Shown: positions 49,693 to 58,857 of the stretch, piece by piece
Numbering within the stretch: position 1 is the stretch's first letter
Layout of the letters: the number at the start of each line of letters is the position of its first letter
From: Paraburkholderia sp.
GTDB taxonomy: Bacteria; Pseudomonadota; Gammaproteobacteria; Burkholderiales; Burkholderiaceae
Length of the DNA stretch: 64,000 nt
Direction of reading: 5' to 3'
Assembly: GCF_026225065.1 (NCBI RefSeq)
Contig: NZ_JAMFSB010000023.1
Coordinates: 32,556-96,555, forward strand
Made by a program: the position numbers and the translations under genes
The notes under the pieces: model-generated
What the model was told of the DNA's origin: nothing
The model's input: only the letters and a program-made list of their open reading frames with translations
Database searches by the model: none

Positions 49693-50574
49693 TCAGCCCC
49701 GATCCCGCTCGATAGCCTGCGCTTCGGCAGCCAGGCTGTCGATCAGCGTCGCGGTCGCCTGTCGGCTCATCGCCGCCAGCCTGACGAGAATGCCAATCTC
49801 GCGCGCGAGCGGCTTGCCCGGCAGGGGAATCACCATGATCCCGGCGGTGTGCGCCACGGGGACCAGTTCGCCCGGAATGATCGAGCACCCCAATCCTTCG
49901 CTCACCATCTTCAGGATTGCGGCTGGTTCATCCACTTCCATGCTGTCCATGGTCCACAAACCGTGACGCTTCAGAAACTGGTCCACCAGATGGCCGCCGT
50001 GCGAACGGCGGTCATAGCGGATGAAGGGCCGTTCGCGAAAGAGCTTGGCCAGGTCGTCCGGCGAGCCTTCTGGCGCCACGCCCACGTAGCGCTCCTGTAT
50101 CAACGGAAGCCACTTCAGGTCAGCGGGCAAGCCGAGCCGGGGCTTGACCATCACCGCGACATCCAGTTCGTGCGAGTCGATCCGCGTCAGCAACTGGATC
50201 GAGGTGCCGGGAATGATATTGATCTGAGCCACCGGTTGCTCGTGTCGGAAACGCAGCAAGGCCTTCGGCAGGAAGCTGTGTTGAACCGTAGCGATCGCCC
50301 CAAGGCTGACGGCCCCTCTTCCCGCACTGCGCGGGTTCTGCTTCAGGCCCTCGAACGATTCAAGAATGTGCGCTGCCTGTTCGAGCACCTCGCGGCCCTC
50401 GTTGCTAAGCGTGACCGACTTGCCCGTGCGATCGAACAGCGCATAGCCCAGCTCCTCCTCGAGGCGCCGGATCTGCGTGCTGACAGCCGATTGCGTCAGG
50501 CCAAGCCGGTTGCCGGCCGCCGAAAACGATTCGGTTTCCGCCGCAACAACGAAGGTTCGGAGGTAGCGAATCAT
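49693..50574 (-). CDS. LysR-family regulator
   Basis: SFSAAGNRLGLTQSAVSTQIRRLEEELGYALFDRTG; divergent from the SDR gene. Confidence 0.93.
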   Translation of the reverse strand: MIRYLRTFVVAAETESFSAAGNRLGLTQSAVSTQIRRLEEELGYALFDRTGKSVTLSNEGREVLEQAAHILESFEGLKQNPRSAGRGAVSLGAIATVQHSFLPKALLRFRHEQPVAQINIIPGTSIQLLTRIDSHELDVAVMVKPRLGLPADLKWLPLIQERYVGVAPEGSPDDLAKLFRERPFIRYDRRSHGGHLVDQFLKRHGLWTMDSMEVDEPAAILKMVSEGLGCSIIPGELVPVAHTAGIMVIPLPGKPLAREIGILVRLAAMSRQATATLIDSLAAEAQAIERDRG

Positions 50575-50710
50575 GTATCAAACTTTTCCATGCTCAGGTC
50601 AAAAATTCTCCGTTTCATATCGAACTTCTAGTTACCTATACTAACCCGACATCGGGCTGTCCGCTCTCAAGCCGACTGCTCCATCACTGCCTCTCTTTTG
50701 GAGTCGAATT

Positions 50711-51496
50711 TTGGATCTGGGAATTGCTGGAAAAACCGCGCTCGTGTTCGGCGCGGCAGGTGGGTTGGGTGGCGGCATTGCGCGAGCGCTTGCCGCTGAA
50801 GGCGCCCGTATCGCCGTCGCCGATATCAATGCAGACGCGTTGTCGCAAACCGTGGCGGACATCGAGGCGGCAGGCGCCACGGCACTGCCCCTGCAATGGG
50901 ACCTGTCCGACCTGAGCGTCATCGAGAGCCGGATGCAGGCCATTGACGACACGTTTGGCGGCGTCGACATTCTCGTCAACAACACCGGCGGGCCGCCGCC
51001 CACGCCGGCGGCCGGACAGCCGGTGGAGTTGTGGAGCAAAAGCTTCGAATCGATGGTGCTGTCGGTGATCGCGATCACGGACAAGGTGTTGCCCGGCATG
51101 CGCCATCGCAAATGGGGACGCGTGATCACCAGCACTTCGTCCGGCGTGGTTGCACCGATTGCCGGGCTTGGTATTTCGAACGCGCTGCGCATGTCGCTGG
51201 TGGGCTGGTCGAAGACGCTGGCACGCGAAGTGGGCCGCGACGGCATCACCACGAACATCGTGTTGCCGGGCCGTATCGCCACGCCGCGCATCACCTTCCT
51301 CGACGAGCAGAAAGCGAAGCGCGAAGGCCGCAGCGTCGACGAAGTGAGTGCCGAGAGCGTGGCATCGATCCCCGTTGGACGCTACGGCGATCCCCGCGAG
51401 TATGCCGCGGTAGTGACGTTTCTCGCGAGCGTGCAAGCCGCTTACGTCACCGGTTCGGTGATTCGCGTCGATGGTGGCCTGATCGCCAGCATCTAA
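50711..51496 (+). CDS. SDR family oxidoreductase
   Basis: MDLGIAGKTALVFGAAGGLG, NNTGGPP, SNALR, PGRIAT and RVDGG motifs. Confidence 0.92.
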   Translation: MDLGIAGKTALVFGAAGGLGGGIARALAAEGARIAVADINADALSQTVADIEAAGATALPLQWDLSDLSVIESRMQAIDDTFGGVDILVNNTGGPPPTPAAGQPVELWSKSFESMVLSVIAITDKVLPGMRHRKWGRVITSTSSGVVAPIAGLGISNALRMSLVGWSKTLAREVGRDGITTNIVLPGRIATPRITFLDEQKAKREGRSVDEVSAESVASIPVGRYGDPREYAAVVTFLASVQAAYVTGSVIRVDGGLIASI

Positions 51497-51530
51497 CCCG
51501 CCTCACGAACCTGATTAAGGACTAGTTTCC

Positions 51531-52250
51531 ATGACTACCGAAACACTCCCTCTACATCCCGACATTGCCAGCGCGCTAGCCGGCATCACCACCGCGACCC
51601 TGTCGACGGTCCTGCTGGAAAAAGGCATACGCAAGATCTGGATGCGCGGTCCCGCACCGCTGACCGGCAACCAGCAGCGCCAGGTGGGACGCGCGTTCAC
51701 GCTGCGTTTCGTGCCGGCGCGCGAAGACCTCGCGACACCCGCATCGTGGGCCTCGCCGATTTCGACGCGTGCCGCCATTGAAGCGATGCCGGCGGGGTGC
51801 ATTACCGTCGTCGACGCAATGGGCGTCACGGATGCGGGAATTTTTGGCGACATCCTGTGCGCCCGGATGCACAAGCGCGGGGTCGCGGCGCTGATCACAG
51901 ATGGCGTGGTGCGCGACGTGGTCGGCGTGATCGACACCGGCCTGCCGGTCTGGTGTCGCGGCACGGCGGCCCCTGCGTCGGTAGCCGCGCTGACCTTTGT
52001 CGGCTGGCAAGACCCGGTCGCTTGCGGCGGCGTAGCGGTATTTCCCAATGACGTCGTGGTGGCCGATACCGACGGCGCCGTTCTGATTCCCGCGGCATTG
52101 CTCGAAGAAGTCGTCGAACTCGCTGCGCGCAAGGAACGCTTTGAGGAATGGGTGCTGCAAGAAGTCAAAAGCGGCGCCACGCTACCCGGCCTCTATCCGC
52201 CCAACGTCGAAACGAAGGCGCGCTACGAAGCGGAAATCGCCGGACAGTGA
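51531..52250 (+). CDS. RraA-like / HMG-aldolase family protein
   Basis: GRAFTLRF, GIFGDIL, TDGVVRD and V.PND.VVAD.DG motifs. Confidence 0.88.
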   Translation: MTTETLPLHPDIASALAGITTATLSTVLLEKGIRKIWMRGPAPLTGNQQRQVGRAFTLRFVPAREDLATPASWASPISTRAAIEAMPAGCITVVDAMGVTDAGIFGDILCARMHKRGVAALITDGVVRDVVGVIDTGLPVWCRGTAAPASVAALTFVGWQDPVACGGVAVFPNDVVVADTDGAVLIPAALLEEVVELAARKERFEEWVLQEVKSGATLPGLYPPNVETKARYEAEIAGQ

Positions 52251-52271
52251 CACACTGAGATTCAATCAAAA

Positions 52272-52964
52272 GTGCTTTCTCATACTATCCGGCCGCATGC
52301 CCGGTCAATCCGCAAGACACGTGCAGTATCCGCTCGCGCGTTTGCTGCGATCACGCTAGTCGCAGGCCTGAATCTGCTCGGCGCCTCACGCGCCTTCGCA
52401 GCATCTCCGCCCCCTTCCGATCCCCACAGCGGCCTCGTAGCGACATGTGCCGCGTGCCACGGCGCCGCGGGAGAAGGCTCGCCCGCATCTGCGATCCCCA
52501 GGCTCGCAGGACAGAACGCCGACTACATGGCGCACGCGTTATCGATGTTCAAGGATGGCACCCGTGCAAGCCCGGTCATGCAAGCGGTCGCACACAATCT
52601 GTCCGACAGCGACATACACGACCTGGCCCAATACTTTGCCACACAGAAGCCACCACTCGCGCATGCTGCAGAGCCTCCACAAGCCGCGCAGGTGGAAGCT
52701 GGACGGCAACTCGCGCAAATGGGTAGCGGCACTGGCCTCGCCGCCTGTTTCTCTTGCCACGCAGCCGGCGGAACCGGCAATGGCGCGCGCTTTCCCAGCA
52801 TTGCGGGTCAGCCTGCGAGTTTCACAGTAGCGCGGTTGCATGAGTTTCAGGCGCGCGCGAAGAGCGGCGCCGTCAAGCCTGGGTCAATGACTGCGGTCGC
52901 GGCGCAATTGACCGATACGCAAATCGAAGCCGCAGCCGCCTATCTGTCGACGCTGCCTCGTTAA
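52272..52964 (+). CDS. Di-haem cytochrome c4-type protein
   Basis: Signal peptide; two CxxCH motifs (CAACH, CFSCH), each followed by P.(L/I)AGQ and a distal Met. Confidence 0.9.
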   Translation: MLSHTIRPHARSIRKTRAVSARAFAAITLVAGLNLLGASRAFAASPPPSDPHSGLVATCAACHGAAGEGSPASAIPRLAGQNADYMAHALSMFKDGTRASPVMQAVAHNLSDSDIHDLAQYFATQKPPLAHAAEPPQAAQVEAGRQLAQMGSGTGLAACFSCHAAGGTGNGARFPSIAGQPASFTVARLHEFQARAKSGAVKPGSMTAVAAQLTDTQIEAAAAYLSTLPR

Positions 52965-52983
52965 GTGCAGGTCAACCGTGCAA

Positions 52984-53292
52984 TCAATACGCGTGCAGCA
53001 CGTTGATAACGCGGCTCGCGAGCAGCGAGCGAGTCTTGCCTGCATATTCGGCCATGTGCGGGGCGGCTGCGTGCGCCTTCAACGCTTCGGCGCTTTCCCA
53101 TCGTTCGACGACAGCAAACGTGTCGGCGCCGAGCGGCGTCTGAAATCCGCCGAATTCCGGGACGTCGACGACCGCCTCGTAACTGATGCATCCTGCTTCC
53201 GCCAGCACCGCCGGACGGTTCGCGTTGAAGAGTGCCAGCACGGCTTCGCGCTGGCCAGGCTGGGCGGTGATCGTAGCAAAGACATGGATCAT
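52984..53292 (-). CDS. Putative quinol monooxygenase (YgiN/ABM family)
   Basis: MIHVFATI..PG.R, EAGCISY and ERWES.EALKAH..APHM motifs. Confidence 0.9.
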   Translation of the reverse strand: MIHVFATITAQPGQREAVLALFNANRPAVLAEAGCISYEAVVDVPEFGGFQTPLGADTFAVVERWESAEALKAHAAAPHMAEYAGKTRSLLASRVINVLHAY

Positions 53293-53488
53293 GTGGGTAG
53301 TCTCCTGGAGGGTTTCGGCGCCGATCGCCGCATCAAATCATAGCCGCGATTGGCGAGATTTGCCGGCACACGTGCATCGTGCAGAGTGCCTTGGTATCGA
53401 TTTACCCCGCCCGTCTTACGCGGGACTTCTTTATGTCCGACTAGTGGTAGTCTCAATCTTGAGTCCCACTACCCTGCGCCGGATCGAC

Positions 53489-54439
53489 ATGAACACACCG
53501 TGGACCACCGCCGACATTGCATCGCAGGCCGGCAAACGAATTCTCATCACTGGAGCCAACAGTGGAGTTGGCTACCACGCAGCATTGATGCTGGCACGCA
53601 AAGGCGCGCAAGTGATATTGGCATGCCGCGACAAACAGCGCGGCGAGGATGCGTTATCCCGTCTGAACGCCGACGCACCCGGAACGCACGCCGAACTGGC
53701 GCTTGTCGATCTCGCCAGCCTCGCGTCCGTGCATCAGTTCGCGCAGCAGGAACTCGCCGCGCAACGCCCGCTTCATATTCTCGTCAACAACGCGGGGGTC
53801 ATGGCGCCGCCAAAACGCCTCGAAACCGCCGACGGTTTCGAGCTGCAGTTTGGCACCAATGTGCTCGGCCACTTCGCGTTGACCGCGTTCCTGATGCCGG
53901 CGCTGGAACGTGCGGCGACCGGATCGACCGAGCGGCCGCGCGTGGTCACGATCGCTTCGATCGCGCACAAACAAGGGCAGATCGACTTCAATGACCTGCA
54001 ATCCACAAGGCAGTACTCGCCGATGCGGGCCTATCGGCAGTCCAAGCTCGCGGATCTGATGTTTGCTTTTGAACTCGACCGCCGTTTGCGCGCGGCAAAC
54101 TCGCGTGTGATGTCGGTTGCCGCTCATCCTGGCGTCGCGAAGACGAATCTGTTTCGCGGCGGCGATCGCTCCGCCATCTCGAGAGCGGCGCGAGACCTTT
54201 TGGGGGTAGTCATCGGCGCCATGTTCAACACCGATGACGCAGGCGCCCTGCCAACTCTCTATGCAGCCACTTCAGCCGATGTCCGCGACGGCGGCTACTA
54301 TGGTCCGCAAGGATGGCTGGAAGCACGCGGCAGCAGCGTCGGCGAAGCGAACGTTGCCGGCCAGGCGAGAGATACCGCCAACGCCGCGCGCTTGTGGCAG
54401 GTCTGCGAGGACCTCACCCACACTCGCTTCACCCTCTAG
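53489..54439 (+). CDS. SDR oxidoreductase (retinol dehydrogenase/WWOX-like)
   Basis: ITGANSGVG, NNAGVM, GFELQFGTNVLGHF, YRQSK and AHPG motifs. Confidence 0.92.
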   Translation: MNTPWTTADIASQAGKRILITGANSGVGYHAALMLARKGAQVILACRDKQRGEDALSRLNADAPGTHAELALVDLASLASVHQFAQQELAAQRPLHILVNNAGVMAPPKRLETADGFELQFGTNVLGHFALTAFLMPALERAATGSTERPRVVTIASIAHKQGQIDFNDLQSTRQYSPMRAYRQSKLADLMFAFELDRRLRAANSRVMSVAAHPGVAKTNLFRGGDRSAISRAARDLLGVVIGAMFNTDDAGALPTLYAATSADVRDGGYYGPQGWLEARGSSVGEANVAGQARDTANAARLWQVCEDLTHTRFTL

Positions 54440-54634
54440 TACCCCTACGCCAAGCCATGCCTTTGGCAGCGCGTCGGCAAGGGAAATAATGCAATGGTAT
54501 GGTGGTGTGTCGTTCAAGACAGCACCGCAGACGCTTGACGCCAGGCGTTTTCATCACCAACCCGATGATGCGGTTGAATTTGCACCGCAAATCCGCATCA
54601 CTTCAATCAGTGTCCGCAAGGGACAAACAATACT

Positions 54635-55882
54635 ATGTTGGTAGAAAGCAATCTGCCGGCGGGCACGCCTGCGCCAGAGAACGGTGATTCGTCGTCTTTA
54701 CGCCAATGGCTTTCCGTCGGTGCAGTAGCGCTTGGTGCATTTGCGTTTGTGACTACGGAGTTTCTGCCGGTCGGGTTATTGCCGCACGTCGCCAAGGAAA
54801 TGGACGTCCTGCCAGGCACCGCTGGCCTGATGGTCACCGTACCTGGTGTCATTGCTGCGGTGTCCGCGCCGGGACTCATGCTGGGAGCGGGACGTATGGA
54901 CCGTCGTCATGTCTTCCTGTTGCTAACGGGACTGTTGCTGGCGTCCAATCTGTTATCGGCGTTCGCACCCAATTTCGCCGTCATGCTGGTAGGTCGCGCG
55001 CTGCTGGGGGCAGCATTGGGAGGCTTCTGGACGCTGGCGATTGCCGCTGCTGGGCGGCTCGTACAGCCCAAAGACGCGGCCAGGGCAACCGCGATGATAT
55101 TGACCGGCGTGACGTGCGCTACGGTGATTGGCGTGCCTCTTGGCACGTTCATCGCCGGCTTCTCCTCCTGGCGTTTTTCCTTCATGGCCACCGGTGTGCT
55201 GGTTGCCGTCGCGTTCGTCGCACAACTGTTGCTGGTACCGTCCTTGCCCTCGGGTGCGGCGCTGCGGTTTGCAGACCTGGTCTCGCTGATACGGCGCCCT
55301 TATCCGCGTAGAAGCATGCTGATGGTGGCGCTCGTGTTCGGCGCTCACTTCTGCTCTTATACCTACATCACGCCGTTTCTGCTGCATAACGCCAGTTTCA
55401 GCATGTCGACCATTACCTGGTTGCTGCTGGGTTTCGGCATCATTGGCTTCTTCTCCAACTTCGTCGTTTCGAGCACGGTTAACCGAAGTCTGAAGGCATC
55501 TCTCGCGACCATGGTGTCACTGTTGATGTTCGCGCTTTTGTCGATGCCTTTGCTAAGGCACTCGCAACTGGCGATAACGGTTGACGTGCTCGCGTGGGGA
55601 ATTTCATTCGGCGCGCTGCCGCTTTGTTTCAGCGTGTGGATTCAGCGCGCGACCCCCGATCTGCCGGAGGCGGGCTCGGCGCTATTTGTCAGCATCATTC
55701 AGGTCGCCATTGCGGTGGGTTCTCTGGTGGGTGGGACCATCGTCGACTCGGTCGGTGTCCCGGACGATTTCCTGCTTGGCAGTGCACTCGCCCTGCTCGG
55801 TCTGGCCGCGCTTGCAAGCTTTGGGCGAAGCACCGCCGATGCTGGCAACGATTGCATCGCAAGTCAGGCGACGCCTGAATGA
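54635..55882 (+). CDS. MFS transporter (NepI/DHA1-like)
   Basis: FVTTEFLPVGLL, AGLMVTVPG and GRALLG..LGGFW motifs. Confidence 0.92.
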   Translation: MLVESNLPAGTPAPENGDSSSLRQWLSVGAVALGAFAFVTTEFLPVGLLPHVAKEMDVLPGTAGLMVTVPGVIAAVSAPGLMLGAGRMDRRHVFLLLTGLLLASNLLSAFAPNFAVMLVGRALLGAALGGFWTLAIAAAGRLVQPKDAARATAMILTGVTCATVIGVPLGTFIAGFSSWRFSFMATGVLVAVAFVAQLLLVPSLPSGAALRFADLVSLIRRPYPRRSMLMVALVFGAHFCSYTYITPFLLHNASFSMSTITWLLLGFGIIGFFSNFVVSSTVNRSLKASLATMVSLLMFALLSMPLLRHSQLAITVDVLAWGISFGALPLCFSVWIQRATPDLPEAGSALFVSIIQVAIAVGSLVGGTIVDSVGVPDDFLLGSALALLGLAALASFGRSTADAGNDCIASQATPE

Positions 55883-56071
55883 TCCCGCGTCGCTATCCGA
55901 GGTTGATCGAAATGACGCGAACCCCTTTACGCACAACTGTTTTGCGTAACGAGTAACTTTCGCAATGCTTCGTCAACCGCTACTCTGCTTTGTTTTAGCG
56001 CGGTGCATGCTTGGCAATTCGGTCGGAGCATCTATACCTATCAATGGCATTACTCGGTTCAAGGAAACAGC

Positions 56072-57385
56072 ATGGTACGGGCTAACGGGATACTCGCGTC
56101 AGACGCAGCATCTTCGGCCGTGGGTGACGATTCGATATACGAAAAGGTGACGCGGCGTATCGTACCGTTATTGTTCATGTGCTATGTGGTTGCCTATCTC
56201 GACCGCGTCAACGTCGGCTTTGCGAAGATCCAGATGCTCGCGGATCTGAAGTTTAGCGAAACGGTTTATGGGCTGGGCGCCGGAATTTTCTTTCTCGGAT
56301 ATTTCCTTTTCGAGGTGCCGAGCAACATACTGTTGCATCGCGTCGGCGCGCGACTCTGGATTGCGCGTGTGATGATCACCTGGTCGATCGTCTCGGCAGT
56401 GACCCTGTTCGTCAAAACGCCGACGATGTTCTACGCGCTGCGCTTCGTGTTGGGTCTCGCTGAAGCGGGGCTGTTCCCTGGCGTGATCCTGTATCTGACG
56501 TACTGGTACCCGGCGCGCCGGCGTGCAAACATCCTCGCGCTATTCATCACCGGAATCCCCATTGCTGGAGTGGTGGGTGCTCCCCTGTCCGGCTGGATCA
56601 TGAATTCAGTTTCCGGCGCACACAATCTGGCCGGCTGGCAGTGGCTGTTCCTGATAGAAGCGATTCCATCACTGGTGATGGGGATTGTCGTGCTTCTCTT
56701 TCTGGATAACAACGTCGAGAGCGCACGCTGGCTCAGCGCCAATGAAAAAGCGCTGCTTGCGCGCAACCTGGCAGACGACCGCCAAGGCGCACAGTCGCAC
56801 CGGATGCGCGACGGCTTCACCAACCCGCGTGTCTGGTTGATGTGCGTGCTGTATTTTTTCATCATGATGGGCTTATACGGCGTGGGGTTCTATTTGCCGA
56901 CGCTGATCAGGAACACCGGCGTCAGCAATCCACTCAGCGTAGGGCTGCTTACCGCGCTGCCCTATGCCGTTGCGGTGGTTGCCATGCTGCTTGTGAGCCG
57001 CCACTCCGATGCACACCAGGAACGGCGTTGGCATATCACGATCCCGGCATTGGCAGGCACGCTAGGCTGGATCGCAAGCGCCGTATTCATGCACGAGGCA
57101 ATGCTCGCCACAATCGCGCTTGCGGTAGCGACGGCAGCTGTGCTAGTCACCATGACACAGTTCTGGGTGCTGCCGACCGCAATGCTGACCGGTGCCGCGG
57201 CCGCTTCAGGAATCGCAGTGATCAATTCGGTGGGCAATCTTGCCGGGTTTGTCAGTCCGTACCTGATCGGTGGGATCATCGACGCGACTCATTCGACGCT
57301 GCTGGCCGTAGTGGCACTCGCAATCAGCATGTTTGTAGTAGGCGCGCTTGCCCTGACGCTGCCTAAGCGGATGGTCAACCGTTAA
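56072..57385 (+). CDS. MFS transporter, ACS family (TtuB/OphD-like carboxylate permease)
   Basis: YLDRVNVGFA, GIFFLGYFLFEVPSN, GAR.WIAR, AEAGLFPG and INSVGNLAGF motifs. Confidence 0.92.
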   Translation: MVRANGILASDAASSAVGDDSIYEKVTRRIVPLLFMCYVVAYLDRVNVGFAKIQMLADLKFSETVYGLGAGIFFLGYFLFEVPSNILLHRVGARLWIARVMITWSIVSAVTLFVKTPTMFYALRFVLGLAEAGLFPGVILYLTYWYPARRRANILALFITGIPIAGVVGAPLSGWIMNSVSGAHNLAGWQWLFLIEAIPSLVMGIVVLLFLDNNVESARWLSANEKALLARNLADDRQGAQSHRMRDGFTNPRVWLMCVLYFFIMMGLYGVGFYLPTLIRNTGVSNPLSVGLLTALPYAVAVVAMLLVSRHSDAHQERRWHITIPALAGTLGWIASAVFMHEAMLATIALAVATAAVLVTMTQFWVLPTAMLTGAAAASGIAVINSVGNLAGFVSPYLIGGIIDATHSTLLAVVALAISMFVVGALALTLPKRMVNR

Positions 57386-57393
57386 GCGCCAGA

Positions 57394-58629
57394 ATGGACA
57401 GTTCGATGAAAACGCACACCCCCGGGCAGCAATCGGTTACCGCCTTCCTGGCGGTCGTCATGGCGTTCCTGATCAACATGATGGGGACCACCTTACCGAC
57501 AGCGGTCTATCGATACTATCAACTGCAGTACGGCTTCACGGCAACCGTCATCACGGTGATCTACGCCTGCTATGCGATTGGTGTGCTCGGTGCGCTGCTA
57601 ATCGTCGGCAACTGGTCGGATCAACTTGGCCGCCGGCGCATGCTGTTGGCCGGCTTATGTGCATCGGCGGCGGCGGCGGTCACGTTCCTGCTGAGCAACG
57701 GGCTGTCCGGTCTCATGCTGGCTCGACTGCTATCGGGCGTCTCGGCGGGGATCTTTACCGGAACTGCGACCGTCGCGGTGATTGAACTGGCGCCTCCGGC
57801 GTGGCGCAAGCACGCCACCCTCGCGGCGACCGCCTCCAACATGCTGGGTTTGGGCAGCGGCCCATTGTTGAGCGGCGTACTCGTCGAGCTTCTGCCACAT
57901 CCAATGCAAACCCCTTACGTCGCGCATCTGCTGCTCGTGGTGCTTGCGATGCTCGGCGTATGGAGTGCGCCAGAAACAGCAAAGCTTCCGGAACGGGTGA
58001 AACTCAGAGTTCAAAGAATCTCGTTGCCCGCCGAGGTACGCGGCGTATTCATGCCAGCCGCGTTAGCCGGCTTTGCAGGTTTCGTCGTGGTGGGCTTCTT
58101 TGCGGCCGTCGCGCCGCAACTGATCCGGGTCGTGCTCGGCTATCACAGTGGCGTGGTGATCGGCGCGATTGTGTTTTTGCTGTTTGCATGTTCGGCGCTT
58201 GGGCAAATCGTAGAGACGCACATTGCGGCCCACTGGCGGCAGCCGCTCGGCTGTATCGGGTTGCTTGCCGGCTTGCTGGGCGTTGCACTGTGCGTCCCGG
58301 AACGCTCGCTGGCCGCGCTGCTGATGGGTACGGCGCTGGCTGGAATCGGACAAGGAATCAGCCTCCGTGCGGGACTGGGCGAACTGACGACAAAGAGCCC
58401 CCCACAACGCCGTGCCGAGGTGATATCGAGCTTTTTCGTCGTGCTTTATGTCGCAATCTCGCTTCCGGTGATCGGGCTAGGCGTCGCTGTGCAGGTCGCC
58501 GGCATTCAACGCGCCACCCTGCTCTTCGCCGGCTTGACAATCCCGCTTGTCCTGATCGCGCTGTTTCTCCTCGTGCGAGGCGAGCCTCGCGGGATTCCAA
58601 AGACCGGCACAGTGGGCGGTCAGCCGTGA
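57394..58629 (+). CDS. MFS transporter
   Basis: TLPTAVY..Y and GNWSDQLGRR motifs; 12-TM pattern. Confidence 0.9.
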   Translation: MDSSMKTHTPGQQSVTAFLAVVMAFLINMMGTTLPTAVYRYYQLQYGFTATVITVIYACYAIGVLGALLIVGNWSDQLGRRRMLLAGLCASAAAAVTFLLSNGLSGLMLARLLSGVSAGIFTGTATVAVIELAPPAWRKHATLAATASNMLGLGSGPLLSGVLVELLPHPMQTPYVAHLLLVVLAMLGVWSAPETAKLPERVKLRVQRISLPAEVRGVFMPAALAGFAGFVVVGFFAAVAPQLIRVVLGYHSGVVIGAIVFLLFACSALGQIVETHIAAHWRQPLGCIGLLAGLLGVALCVPERSLAALLMGTALAGIGQGISLRAGLGELTTKSPPQRRAEVISSFFVVLYVAISLPVIGLGVAVQVAGIQRATLLFAGLTIPLVLIALFLLVRGEPRGIPKTGTVGGQP

Positions 58630-58758
58630 AGCCGATAGCAAGGCGCCCAGCCCAACGGATGGACCGCACCATCAAGCACGTCGCCTCTCGCGCCATGTAT
58701 ATCACGTTCTTCTCGCCAAGTTCATTTCATTTCTTTAATCACATAGGATTACTGAACT

Positions 58759-58795
58759 AAATTCCACGTCTATCGAAATGATAGAAAATGGAGAT
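58759..58795 (+). promoter_or_regulatory. OxyR-like binding site upstream of katB
   Basis: AAAT-N7-CTAT-N7-ATAG-N7-AGAT against the consensus ATAG-N7-CTAT-N7-ATAG-N7-CTAT. Confidence 0.6.
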
Positions 58796-58857
58796 TGGTG
58801 ATTTCAACGCCTGAACCATAGGATAACGACGGTTTCCTCCTGACTCAGGCTTACGAC

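Noticed and set aside
51531-52250. True RNase E regulator RraA
   Set aside because: Its length (239 aa), retained aldolase residues and metabolic context favour an enzyme.
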